Shown here: one piece after another, positions 12,151 through 23,544 of the stretch
Layout of the letters: each line of letters begins with the position of its first letter
How positions within the stretch are numbered: position 1 is the stretch's first letter
Assembly: GCF_003704095.1 (NCBI RefSeq)
Contig: NW_020846635.1
Span: 1-64,000 of the forward strand
Reading direction: 5' to 3'
DNA from: Pocillopora damicornis
Taxonomy: Eukaryota
DNA length: 64,000 bases
The notes under the pieces: generated by a model
Told to the model about the DNA's origin: nothing
Databases searched by the model: none
What the model saw: only the letters and a program-made list of their open reading frames with translations
Made by a program: the position numbers and the translations under genes

Positions 12151-13465
12151 AATAGAAAGAAAACCTCTGGAAAAACATTTGCTAGTTTTGAAAAACACTA
12201 CTAAGGTAAAAAAATTAAACCAAAAAGGAAAGGGTGTGGGTGGGGTTTGCAAAGATTGAAACAGATGACAATATCATTTTCTTGTATACTCGAATTGTAA
12301 CGTTCCTGCAAATTAAGTTGAATGTTATTGTGGTTATTGACAAATTTTTTTACAATTAAGCAATTTTAAAGGCGTCGACTGCGCTTCTTAGTTTTACAGT
12401 AAATACCCTATAAGTTATGGAAAGTGCAACGAGATACGAATTTGAATGTACAGGTTTTTACTTTTATCTCGAATAATGCAGATGTGACGAATTTGTAAAA
12501 AAGATATAGCGTCAAAAATTAGAGACTTACAATGACTTAGAACGGACTTATTTCGTGGACTCCTTGGTAAGAAATGAAGTCAGCGAAATAAGATCTTGAT
12601 TGAATACTGTTTACAGTGAGATAAATTAAAAATAGTTTATTTTGCAATGAATATACTTTAAAATGCTAAAAGGTCCAACTTTATGATCAATATTTATTGC
12701 GCAAGAACTTAACCGAGCAAAAAAGAAAAAGAAGAAGTGAATGAATTTTTGTTTTGGACGTAATTCTATGGAAACTTTAATGAATGAATATGGACGGGTT
12801 TTGAAGAAAGCACGCACATGTTGTTTTGTCAGGGAATCTAAATAAAAAATCGATAATGATTGCCACTGACTCGACTGTTGTTGATTGTAAATTGTCGCTG
12901 TGGTACATATGAAGGATGCGGTTGCTTAACGAAATACCAGGGTTGGAAACCTGGGTTGGTCAATGTGATTTGTTCAATCCCATAATGTATCTCTCCACTC
13001 AGGAGTTTAAATGTGTACCTGTGAACTGCTGGGAGAAAGCCTGACGCATTTCTGGGAGGGGGGGGAGACTTAGCAATACTCCTGGTCGTCAGAGCAACGG
13101 AAACTGGTCTAGGCTCTGGTAGTTATACGCGTCAGTCTCGTATTTAGACTTGGCCGCGTAATCGTTGGGTGCGTAGAATCTAAACATACAGTTTTGTTAA
13201 TTACTTAATAGTCATAATTACCTTAATCATGTACGCATTTTGATTGGTTCTTTATCGTGGTTATTGATGGACGAGCGTTATATGACATCACTATTAACGA
13301 TTCTTATAATATGAGACAAATCGATTTAATGCTTATATCACGGAAGGCGTACTACTGTGGCAAGAACATCAGTGACACAGGTCGCCACGTGCTCATTCAC
13401 ACCATATTTTGACGTCATCTGTGATCTTTCACTGAACAGACGCACGGCAACATGGAATTTGTTTG

Positions 13466-13677
13466 TTAACTCTTTACACCCTGACATCAGTATGCATATT
13501 CTCCATACTGTTCTATGTACATTTACTAATGTGCTAACAAGGAGAATTTGCCTTACAATCAAGAGTTTCTTTAATTGGTGATCATTTCCTTTCTTCTTCT
13601 GACATTAAGGTGTGATTCAGTGTTGCTAATGTCAGGAGAAATTAGGTGCGAGTCACTCTTAGGCGTTAAGGGGTTAA
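13466..13677. mobile_element. TTAA-flanked MITE, family B (other copies ~28762-28971, ~32940-33160, ~44295-44500 reverse, partial ~46680-46772)
   Basis: TTAACTCTTTACACCC...GGCGTTAAGGGGTTAA termini; the internal catcagtatgcatattctccatactgttc is shared among copies. Confidence 0.8.
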
Positions 13678-14200
13678 ATAGGTTCACGGCTCGAAGTTCC
13701 CTTTGGGAATAATGGGAGAAAACAGAGTTAACTAAAGGCATGTTTGTTGTAAGTGATCGGAGCTAGTGATGCTCTAGGTTAGTGATAGTTCCCCCGCCTT
13801 ACTTAGTGCCTTGAGCTTTCAGTATCCTTTCCAGCACTCACTGGAAGCGCAAAAGCAGCTCTCATAAGAATTAGTGTTGGCCACAGGATTGTCACTGAAT
13901 CAATCAAACTGCTTGATTTGTATTTCATTGTTTTCTGATATGTTCACACCTGAAAATTTGGTTTTCTTGAGCACTAATTTAGACCCTCTAATCCGTTGCT
14001 TTCGCAAAGTGATGTTAGTTCAAATATGTATATTTTATATTCAGATCCCCTAGATCGTAACGCTCACGTACGCAAAATTGTCATATACCTTTACTCATCG
14101 CAAAGTTATTTTATATATTGGTTCAATCTATCTAGATTGTAGTTCAGGCCGAGCGGAAGCCTGGAGATAAGAAGTGTGTGTGGTGCACCGCGTTGTATTT

Positions 14201-14212
14201 TGGCGGGAAATT
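14201..14212. promoter_or_regulatory. E2F-type site TGGCGGGAAATT upstream of the CCDC122-like gene
   Basis: Matches the reverse of E2F consensus TTTSSCGC, 77 bp before ATG 14289; an identical 12-mer lies upstream of TICRR. Confidence 0.5.
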
Positions 14213-14288
14213 ATCTGGATCTGCAAACTCTAAACAAAATACATAGATTTCTTTTCCTCTAAGAAAACTTCCATTGAATCAGACAGAC

Positions 14289-17192
14289 ATGGAACTTTCT
14301 AGTCCACCGAAACCTACTCGGATAGTAGACCATTTAATGCAAAATTCAAAGGAAGGGCAAACAAGCGGACATGAAGATTTTCCCACTGAAGACGTCATAA
14401 ATGCAAGTCGTACAGAGGCAGCGACCCTTCCAGATTTGGCAGGAGAAGTAGCTGTCGCTCAGAGGCAACAGATTAACGAGCTTAGTCAGAGACAGGAAGT
14501 TCGTGATCGGCTGAAGGTGATTGAAACGACGCGTAAGGTTTATTCGAGTGAAGCTTTATTGATTATGAAATTCATTCAATGTAGTTTACTACCCTTTTGA
14601 GCATTCACGGTGTAACTTTATTGTATTTTTGTTTGCTTCATTCATATTTGGCACAATCAGGATAATTGCTACCAAGGTAAAAATTTCTGCGTTACTTTCA
14701 GATTTGAATCAGAAATTGTTTTACTGACAATCAAGCGCTGTTCTCGAAGGTATCTTGAACTAGTCGCTAATAATCTTAACTCTACTAGTTCAATTAAAGA
14801 TTAACTCCGTGAAGTCAGACCTTGCAGCTGTTTCGAGAAAAATCTATTCAATGGACGAAGAGGTTTCCAAAAAGAAGGCATGGTGTGAAGAACTTGACAA
14901 AGGTATTTTGTGTTTTAAACTTGACTTTGCGTCGCTGGAGGGGTTTATTTGGGGTTCCAAGACAACACTTTGGGTCTTCTCGCACTGTTTAAATCTAGGT
15001 AAACATTCAGTGCTAAAAAACTGGGTTTCTTTTCAATAAAAACAAATAATAATAAGAGTACGAATAATGATGATAACAATAATAATATAAAATTATATGA
15101 TGAGTGTAGCAAGAACAACATCAACAATAATACTGTGAGAAATAAATAATGATGGTAATGAACGGTACAGGCAATTATATGGTCGCGAGTGCAACATGGA
15201 ATAGATAAGCAGCAAAAGAACATAGTTATTTTCTTCATAAGTAAGTATAATTTGTTCAAAGACCACCAAAATCACACCTGTTATTCATGATCAAACCCTA
15301 CTAGTTTCTTTGTGCGTTTGGTCAAAATAACAATTTTTACCTTTTTTTAATTTTTTTTAGCTGTAAAAAAAATTTAGAACACGTCTAAAAAGTTGTTACC
15401 TCCTGAACCTTCTACAATGGTGTACTTATACCTATCTATCGTGCTGTCGTGCTTGCTTCTTAGATATTGCAGCCCTTGTTGCATCCGAGAGGAAACTAAC
15501 AAAGGAGCTTGCTATCGCAAATGATAAACTGGAGAGGGACAGAGAGTAAGCAATGAATCAAAATAACTTAATAACCACTTTCCGGCACGTGAAAGAGTTT
15601 TTGAGAAAATAGCTTCATGTCAAAATATGGAATCTCCTGATCTGGAGTTCGTTAGAGAACATTTCGATTGATTCTCGTAATACCAAAACTAAAGTAATCA
15701 CAACAGCCAAACACACAGATAAAAAGAAAATATCACAAGGAGCCAAAGAAAATGCGATTGATCGAGTCACTATTGGGTTTATTATGATAATTGTACTGAT
15801 TGATAGGTAATCACATGATTTCGGGTGCAATATTTTTACACTTTAAGACGCAACAAAGTTCAAAATCCGGCTAAACAGTTCAAGAAATTGTTCAGTCTGG
15901 TTTGTTACTACTTTGCACTGAATAAACTCTCTTCTGCATCGAAATTACCTGAAAAAACTGCATTCATCTTAATCAATCAGAACTGAGTCATCTTTCGTGC
16001 ACTTTCAAGTTAGGTCTGAAATCATACGGGAGATTTCTAAATCGAACGAGCGCGCAGCGCGAGTTTAATTTGAGTTAAATCTTCCCTTGTCGTAGATTGT
16101 ACAAACGATATAGGGCAAAAATGGCAGGATATACCCATCAAGTGGCAGAATACAAGAGAAAGCTCCCCGTCCACAGGAGAATAACACAACAAAAAGCCAA
16201 AAATACCGAACTCAGCGAAGAGTGTAAGATAAATAGTTTTTTAATTTTTGAAAATGTATAATTCAAATATGTGTCCTTGAACGAGTAAAGAATGACCTCT
16301 GGTTAAATTCCAGCATAATAGAAACACATACAAGATCTTTGCTGGGCGAAAAATGGGTAAACCATTGACGGTAGTATGCTTATCAATACCTTGCTATAAT
16401 ATTGCAAGCAAAGTTCCACCCCATGAATGCGTTCATTCATGATGTAAAAAGATCTTTGAATTTTGCTGGGCGAAAAATGGGGTAGATCATTGACAGTGGT
16501 ATGTTTATCAATACCTTGCTATAATAATGTGAGCAAAGTTCCCCCCATGAATGCATTCATTCATGATGAAATAGGACGTAAAACTAATAATTGCATGAGA
16601 AACATTGAGTTTATCACCGGTGAATGAATTCACCGGGATAAACTGAGAAGTCATTAACCTTACTCAAAACTCGGAATATTTGATCGGATACTGTTTTAAC
16701 TGTGGCATTGATTTTATCAATTGAGGAGTTGTCATTCATCTTGCAGGGTTTTAGCCATTTGGACTCATATCGCACCTTCGCATAAGTGTAAGACACATCG
16801 TAGCAGGGGAGGTAGTTGAGCTTCGTTTTCGATGGAATTTAGTTCTCTGCATGTACTTACTCCGTCATCCTGCTTCTCATTTTCATGACAGTAGAACGTC
16901 TTCGATCGCTGGGGAATGAGTCGAAACTTGAAAACCTAAGAGCAGAGCTGGGTAAAAGAAAAGAACATAAGAAACAGCAAGAGGAATCGACGGCTTTAAA
17001 CAAGTTAATGGTAAGCTTTTGTCCTTGTTTTTTCAAGCATTTTTTCCTTCCTACCCATAGGGAGACCTATGCACAGTTCAATTTACTATGACGTGCAGAA
17101 GATTAAATAAAAATTGCTCTTTCTTTTGCATGAAACGACAGCAACAAGAGGAGAACGATAGGCAGGCAGAACTGACCAGAGAGACCCTGCGG
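14289..17192 (+). CDS. CCDC122: Coiled-coil protein, CCDC122-like; at least 6 exons, 3' end unresolved
   Basis: In-phase exons 14289-14532, 14789-14902, 15464-15545, 16096-16223, 16892-17010, 17142-17192. The translation LPDLAGEVAVAQRQQINEL...RKIYSMDEEVSKKKAWCEELDKDI...YKRYRAKM aligns without gaps to my recollection of vertebrate CCDC122 (LADAVEKVAKQQ...RQIYQQD...CDSLETQI...YYAKI). Possible further exons at 17719-17751 and ~18427 onward are uncertain. Confidence 0.6.
16332..16568. repeat. Imperfect ~120-bp tandem duplication in a CCDC122-like intron
   Basis: tttgctgggcgaaaaatggg...tatcaataccttgctataat...gcaaagttcc..ccatgaatgc.ttcattcatgatg appears twice. Confidence 0.85.
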
Positions 17193-18168
17193 GTAGGTTC
17201 AAGGCGTGAGTATCCCCCAGTGGGAGGGGGTTCTCCTCAGGATTATTGAAAGGGGTGCGTTAGCCGTTTCTCAAAGTCCTGATCCTACTGCAGAGAAAAG
17301 TATGCCGTTTTCCATCTTGTTTTAAGACCCGACCTCTAAAATTCCATACCAATTTTTAGGACTGGCTTTTGAAAGTTGTACTTGGCTTGCGAATCCATTA
17401 CGCTTTGATGTCCTTTGTTGCAGTGTAATTAAGTCAATTTGCATTAGTATTGAAGGCGCTTATTGGGGAAATTAACTTAAAACTGGAGCTCGAATGATAT
17501 GAACCATTTTTCGTTTCCTTTGGGAATTCGAGTTAGCGGGGTTCTTCTGTATTCGATGAAACCACAACCTCTTGCCAAGACTGACTGACATTTAATGGTC
17601 ATGTTTTACATTCTGTCAATAATATCAACCTTAAAGAGATAGATCTAGAAACACAAATGATGTTTAGTAAGGTTTTATTTCCCACACCCTCTTGAATTCG
17701 GTAATTGTTTGTCGTTTCCGGCAGCGCGGTTTGTTATTGGACCGGATCAGGGTATGTCAACACTGCTGTCTAATTCATTTGGTTGCCTCGACTAATGTCT
17801 TTGGTTCTAAGCTTTCAGATCAAACCGGTTTTAGAATGACGTATCTGAACACTCATATCATAGACATACACAAGCCTCTATAACTTATGAGGCATTTCCC
17901 TTACGAAAATTCTAAATAAAACACCAGTAAACCACGAGTAATAACCTAAACAGGGAAAAAAGAAGATGGGAGAAAAAGCTGATAACCCCCTCAACGTATT
18001 AAGGGGTAAGAACTTGAATGAGGTTAAAAGATCAAAGCTGCTAAAACCGTAAGCGGAGAACGAACCATCTCACAACGCAGAAGGCACCTCTAATTTCAGT
18101 GACCGTTTATTATTATAGAAGCCAAACAAAGCTCAATAGAAAAGAATGAAGCATCAGTGGAATCAGCC

Positions 18169-18229
18169 TCACGCAACCAATACTGAAACTGTCAAGTTTT
18201 TAAAGAAGGTTCCCTGATGTCACGCAACC
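18169..18229 (-). promoter_or_regulatory. Pair of canonical xenobiotic/dioxin response elements (GGTTGCGTGA on the minus strand)
   Basis: TCACGCAACC at 18169-18178 and 18220-18229, ~1.85 kb upstream of the P450 ATG. Confidence 0.4.
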
Positions 18230-18556
18230 TGCTCGGCATAATAAGAAGAATTAACTACAGGGGAAAAAGACATGATTAAGCTTTACTACGTATATTTCAA
18301 TCTAGCGACTTATTATTTCCCTACAACTAGGACGAGTTTTAACCTAACTGAAGGTTCATTTTACATATTTACCACAGTGTGGTCAGTTACCCATATTGTA
18401 TCCATTTTGAAGTTGATTATGCACAGTGTGCGAAGGATTCTGCGAAACTTTGACGTGAGTCAACAAAATAGGGAATTGGTTAGCCAGTTGGAAAGTCTGC
18501 CTGATGACGTATTTCGGCGTCTGTTGAAAGCGCAACTTACCACGTGGATGTGTTTG

Positions 18557-19976
18557 TGACCTTGGGATTTTTCAGACTGGTTTCAATTTCTAAACATCTC
18601 GTGCTAATTAAATGAAAGGGCTGTATTGCAGTAAGGGTATCGCAAGTTGGTAATGAATCTTTCCGCATTCCTCGACGTAAAGATCTCGTGTTCCGCTGCA
18701 GTTTAGTCGTATAGAAGAACTTTAAAATATCCAGCTGAAGACCGTGGATTGCTGTTTTCAAGAGTAACAAAATTCTTTTGTTTTTATTCCGTGAGGAAAG
18801 CGTGTCCTTCATTTAACGGAATACCAATAGTTGTCAATTTGAAAACAAATTACCTCAGGGTTAGGTGATCCCTCACAAAAGAGTCAATCTTGACGCCCAC
18901 ATAGGAAAACAAATATCCATTCTTTGCTTTATGACAGTCAGGGTACAAAGCAATATTCATTGTCTAATAGTTGATTTGTAACAGTATTTATTATGAGCGA
19001 TTAATTTCCAACTGTGACCTTGGCTGTAAAATCGCTTGTATTGCAAACCTTTTCATTTACGTAGTTACCTTACTCTTTTGCAGTCAAGGTTAATAAAATC
19101 ATGAAAATAGATATTTATAGCTCAGTACCATTAACGACTTTGTTTTCGGAAGCACTATTAAAAGAAACTTAATCTTCTTTTGCTCAAGGATTGTTTTTGC
19201 ACCGAAACAAGTGTATAGATTCCGCACGAAAACTCTCAAATGAAGTAACTTGATCAAATCTAATCTGATCCTTATAATAACCCCATTCTTGATTATGGTA
19301 TGATATCAAAGAAACTTTTAATTTTCATCAGGTTTTATTTATAACCTTGGATGACAAATACAGGTTGTTCTTCAAGGTTGAAAGCTGCGGTATTTTTGAC
19401 GATTACCGTCAACCCGTAAAATTGCCGTCGGTGTCAGATGAAAGAGACCCAAGGTGACGATATAACTGATGTGTGTTTGTAAGGTCACGGAAGTAACAAA
19501 TGATTGCTCGTTTGTGAAACTGGGAAGTACGGCGGATTATCAGACAGACGAGTCGGCTTGCTGCTCATTTCCTTACTAATGAATGTTGTTTGCTCAAGTT
19601 TTGCAACCTCAGGAACAGCAAACTGATTACAAAGTTGTCGTCTTTTGTGTATCTGTAGTTACTCATTGTAACAATAGTAATAGACCAGGCGGGACGGGAG
19701 GTGGTGGTGGGGGGCTGAAAAACAGCGCACTGTTATTTAATTTGGTCGTTTTCCTTTATAGATATTTTATTCCAAAATGTTCCATGAAATAAGCGTCTAC
19801 AACTTGAGCAATAATTAGATGTGGAGGAGGTAGATTTCGTGATGCAGACCTTAACGAGACACGCTCCATCTGTTTGTTAGATAAATAGAGCCTCTCAAGT
19901 GTGACTCGCGACCTTGACATTGGCAATTTTTTAGGTAAACAAATAGGCAAGGTTACGCAGAGTAGTTATATAAATA
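18557..19976. promoter_or_regulatory. P450 upstream region: cluster of CAAGGT(C/T/G)R extended nuclear-receptor half-sites plus TATA box
   Basis: Sites start at 18557, 19015, 19084, 19342, 19372, 19449, 19909 and 19947, with TAAGGTCA at 19480; TATATAAA at 19967-19974, 83 bp before the ATG. Confidence 0.5.
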
Positions 19977-20056
19977 CCACCCGCAATTAAGCGGGGGAAC
20001 AAGACTTGCCACAAAACTGCTGAATAACCACCCTTGACTCTCTTGAGCTACCTGGC

Positions 20057-21619
20057 ATGGACGAAATCTCGATCTTCCGAGAAAATCCGTTGTTTTATTT
20101 TTTCAGTGTCGCCAGCATCGCTGCTTTCCTGCTGCTCATCTGGGGATGGTCCAAAATTCCGAAAGACATTCCTCCTGGGCCGTTCGGTTTGCCACTAATC
20201 GGGAGCCTGCTTCAACTTGGCGATTCACCGCATCTCGCCTTATCGAAGATGGCCAAAGACTACGGAAAGGTATTTTCTATTCGCCTTGGTTGGAGAAAAG
20301 CAATCGTCTTGAACAGCCAAGATGTCGTTAAAGAAGCACTGTCAAAAAGGGCTGGCCATTTCTCGGGGAGACCACCCTTTCACAGTTTCAAAATTAGCAC
20401 TCATCACAGCGAGAGCATAGTCTTTGGTGACTTTGGCCCTTCGCATCAGAAAAAAAAGAAAATGGCTATTCGTGCCCTGCATTCTGTTTTCACTGATGTG
20501 AACCGCTTTAATAGCTTGTCACATCAAGAGTTTGAGCGAATGCGTTGCAACCTTTTGACGGATGGCAGTTCAGAGGCTCAAGACTTGACTCCACACCTAA
20601 AAACTATGGTCATTAACTTTGCTTTCAGATTTGTCTTTGGAGATAATTTCGAAGAGGACTACAGTGCTGCTTTGCAGAGCCTCATGAAGAAAGCAGCTGA
20701 CTTTACTGAGAACAATGGGGTCATAAACTTAATAGATTTCTTCCCTTGGCTTCATTTTCTCTTCAAAAAGCAATGCCAAACTCTGAAAGATTCTGTCAGA
20801 GAGCTTTTTGACTTTGTAAGAAGCATCTACACACTGCAGCGGCATGCTAGCATCAAAGAAGCTGGTGTCAATGTGGCAGCGTCTTTGGATCAAATTATTA
20901 GAGAGGATCTCGTAAATGCTGGAAAGCCTGACCCAAAAACCTCTAAATCAACCGAACAGAAAGCTCGCAGCGAATCGTTAGAAGACCTGGCGGTTAAAGT
21001 TTTAGCCGACGTTTTTGGAGGCGGAATTGAGACCGTGTCCACCTCGTTGAGCTGGGCGCTGCTCTATATCCTTTCGAAACCTGGTCTGCAAGACGACTTA
21101 CAAGCAGAACTGAAACGCGTGATAGGAGTGGATCGCCTTCCCTCTCTTCAGGATCGAGCAAAACTTCCCCTATTACGTGCCACTGTCTTAGAGGCATTAC
21201 GAATGGCTACCGTTCTTCCCCTTTCTATTCCACACTACACTACGGAAGATTCAGAAGTCGCAGGTTACCGTGTACCTAAAGGAACGACTGTGGTGGTAAA
21301 TCTTTGGGCTGTAAATCACGATCCACAATACTTCGACCATCCAGAGGTTTTCAATCCTCACCGTTTCCTTGACACTGAGGGACAACTCTTGTTGGACCAG
21401 CAGGCTTTCCTGCTTCCATTCTCAACCGGTGGAAGGCGCTGCCCTGGTGCTACCCTCGCTAAGGCGCAGCTGTTTATGTTTCTCGGGTGTCTCCTGCAAG
21501 GACTGCATTTACAGCTTCCGGAGCACAGCGTGCCACTTAACATGGATGGAGAGTTTGGATTTGTCTTGAAGCCTCGTTCACTTAAGTTGCAAGTAAATCC
21601 TCGAAACATTGAACAATAA
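20057..21619 (+). CDS. Cytochrome P450, clan 2 (CYP1/CYP17-like), single exon, 520 aa
   Basis: N-terminal TM anchor, PPGP hinge, VLNS..VVKEAL..FSGRP, I-helix DVFGGGIETVSTSL, K-helix EALR, PLSIPHYT, VNLWAVNHDP, FNPHRF and heme motif PFSTGGRRCPG (21419-21448). Confidence 0.96.
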   Translation: MDEISIFRENPLFYFFSVASIAAFLLLIWGWSKIPKDIPPGPFGLPLIGSLLQLGDSPHLALSKMAKDYGKVFSIRLGWRKAIVLNSQDVVKEALSKRAGHFSGRPPFHSFKISTHHSESIVFGDFGPSHQKKKKMAIRALHSVFTDVNRFNSLSHQEFERMRCNLLTDGSSEAQDLTPHLKTMVINFAFRFVFGDNFEEDYSAALQSLMKKAADFTENNGVINLIDFFPWLHFLFKKQCQTLKDSVRELFDFVRSIYTLQRHASIKEAGVNVAASLDQIIREDLVNAGKPDPKTSKSTEQKARSESLEDLAVKVLADVFGGGIETVSTSLSWALLYILSKPGLQDDLQAELKRVIGVDRLPSLQDRAKLPLLRATVLEALRMATVLPLSIPHYTTEDSEVAGYRVPKGTTVVVNLWAVNHDPQYFDHPEVFNPHRFLDTEGQLLLDQQAFLLPFSTGGRRCPGATLAKAQLFMFLGCLLQGLHLQLPEHSVPLNMDGEFGFVLKPRSLKLQVNPRNIEQ

Positions 21620-23424
21620 CTGCGATCTTTGGTATTTCAGTTAAATTTTTCATTACAGGTAATTGCTAGTAGTATTAGTGGGCAATCCTTCTCTCATAGA
21701 TTAATACAAACAGTTAGTTTAGGATATAAAGATTTCATTAGTGAAAAGATTTATATTTTGTTTCCAAATTTTTCAATTCTCTACAGCCTGATTGAAACTT
21801 TGACTGCCACTACCGGATAACATGTTTGTTTTATTTATTTAAGAAAATGACGAAAGCTTGATGATTCCCTTTGGAGTGATGAGTAATTAAGCTTTATTCA
21901 TCTTTGTAATGCATTTTTGCATATTTTTCAAATACCCAAATTGTGTCATTGTATCGACTCCAGCAGACCTATTTTTTGATTCAACTCAATGTGCAAGTAG
22001 ATTTTTCCTTGATTTACTTAATAAGCTTTATTTTCATTGCTTACCCACTTATGATGAGAGTGTTTATGATCAAGAAAGCAATTTGAAACCAGAAATTCAT
22101 ACATTTACTTAATTACATACGACTTCTAGATCGTTCAATGTTTTTCTACCTATGCTTTTTCGAGCATCGATTTATAAACAACAATTGGTAGCTCAAAAGG
22201 GCTACTGAGCCATGTTACTATCAATCGGCTAAGAATTTTCAGATATGGTCATTGAGACTGAAGAGACATGTCGCTCGGTCCAACGACTGCAAATCATACT
22301 TAAGGTATGCCCGAAATTTACCTTGACAAAACATGACTTGCTAACGTTACATTTGTTATGTAGCTGTTGACAAACTCATTGCTTTACTCAGATTATTTTA
22401 ACTTTCATTTCGTGACACAAAGGACTTACTCTTGTCATAACTTTAGCCCCTAAGGAGTAATATATTTATCCAGGTTATTAATGATAACTGGATTACTTCA
22501 TGCTCTAGTTTGAAAAAAATTGAATTTAAACGTAATCATTTCCTTTCATTTAGTTTGCTTAATTTTCAACTTGTCTTTCCATATTGACAACAGTACCTGC
22601 CTCTGTATGCAGAAGCAGCTATGAGCTGTTTAATAAAAGTTCCTTTGGATTTCTCTAATGTTCCAAGTTGTGTGCAAACATTTTAAGTGGCTTTGTAGGC
22701 GGTTTGCTTTCTCTTCTCCTTCACTCACGAGGTAGGAAACTTAGCACTAGAACTAGACAGGTCAATTTCTTTCCCCTACAAGTCGTCCAGAAACTGCTTC
22801 CACGAAAGCCAAACTGAAATTGTTAAAAATNNNNNNNNNNNNNNNNNNNNNNNNNNNNNNNNNNNNNNNNNNNNNNNNNNNNNNNNNNNNNNNNNNNNNN
22901 NNNNNNNNNNNNNNNNNNNNNNNNNNNNNNNNNNNNNNNNNNNNNNNNNNNNNNNNNNNNNNNNNNNNNNNNNNNNNNNNNNNNNNNNNNNNNNNNNNNN
23001 NNNNNNNNNNNNNNNNNNNNNNNNNNNNNNNNNNNNNNTTAATCGTTTCGACCTGCCTTATTGACTTACACCCCATTCACTCCTCCAAGAAAATCGGTGA
23101 TAGGGAACTGAAAAACTGAATTTTCCATAGGATTAAATACTCACTCACTTTTAAGTCCAACATGCTAAATGTGAAGCCGACAAGAATTGGTGTCAGCAGC
23201 TCCTACGGAAGGAAAAATTTGAACCGTGTTTAACAAAACAGCTTTGAAACAAGATAATTTGGTTTTATTAACTGAGTTGATAGGGTAAATTGGCCAACGT
23301 AAATAGGAATAAGCGAACGTTTCAAGCGTTTGCCCTTCGTAAGAGCGTAGAGCCTAAAAACATGCTGAATCGTAAAAGCTTGGGTAACCTGTGCCGATAG
23401 TTCTCAACAGTGTGATCATGTGAC

Positions 23425-23539
23425 CCAATGGCGGGAAATTTTCTATTCCCAACTCCCGTTGCATTCATGAGCAAGAACTGAGATAGTTTCGCCAGTGACA
23501 GTATTTTCGCTTTGAAAAGAAAAAGAGTCGATATTTGAA
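23425..23539 (+). promoter_or_regulatory. TICRR promoter: CCAAT, E2F site TGGCGGGAAATT and CHR-like TTTGAA
   Basis: CCAAT 23425-23429, TGGCGGGAAATT 23429-23440, TTTGAA at 23511 and 23534; this is the expected architecture for a cell-cycle (E2F/DREAM) gene. Confidence 0.55.
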
Positions 23540-23544
23540 AGGAT

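Noticed and set aside
21930-22620. Series of minus-strand donor-like sites suggesting a micro-exon gene
   Set aside because: Matching acceptors lack polypyrimidine tracts and no coherent ORF results.
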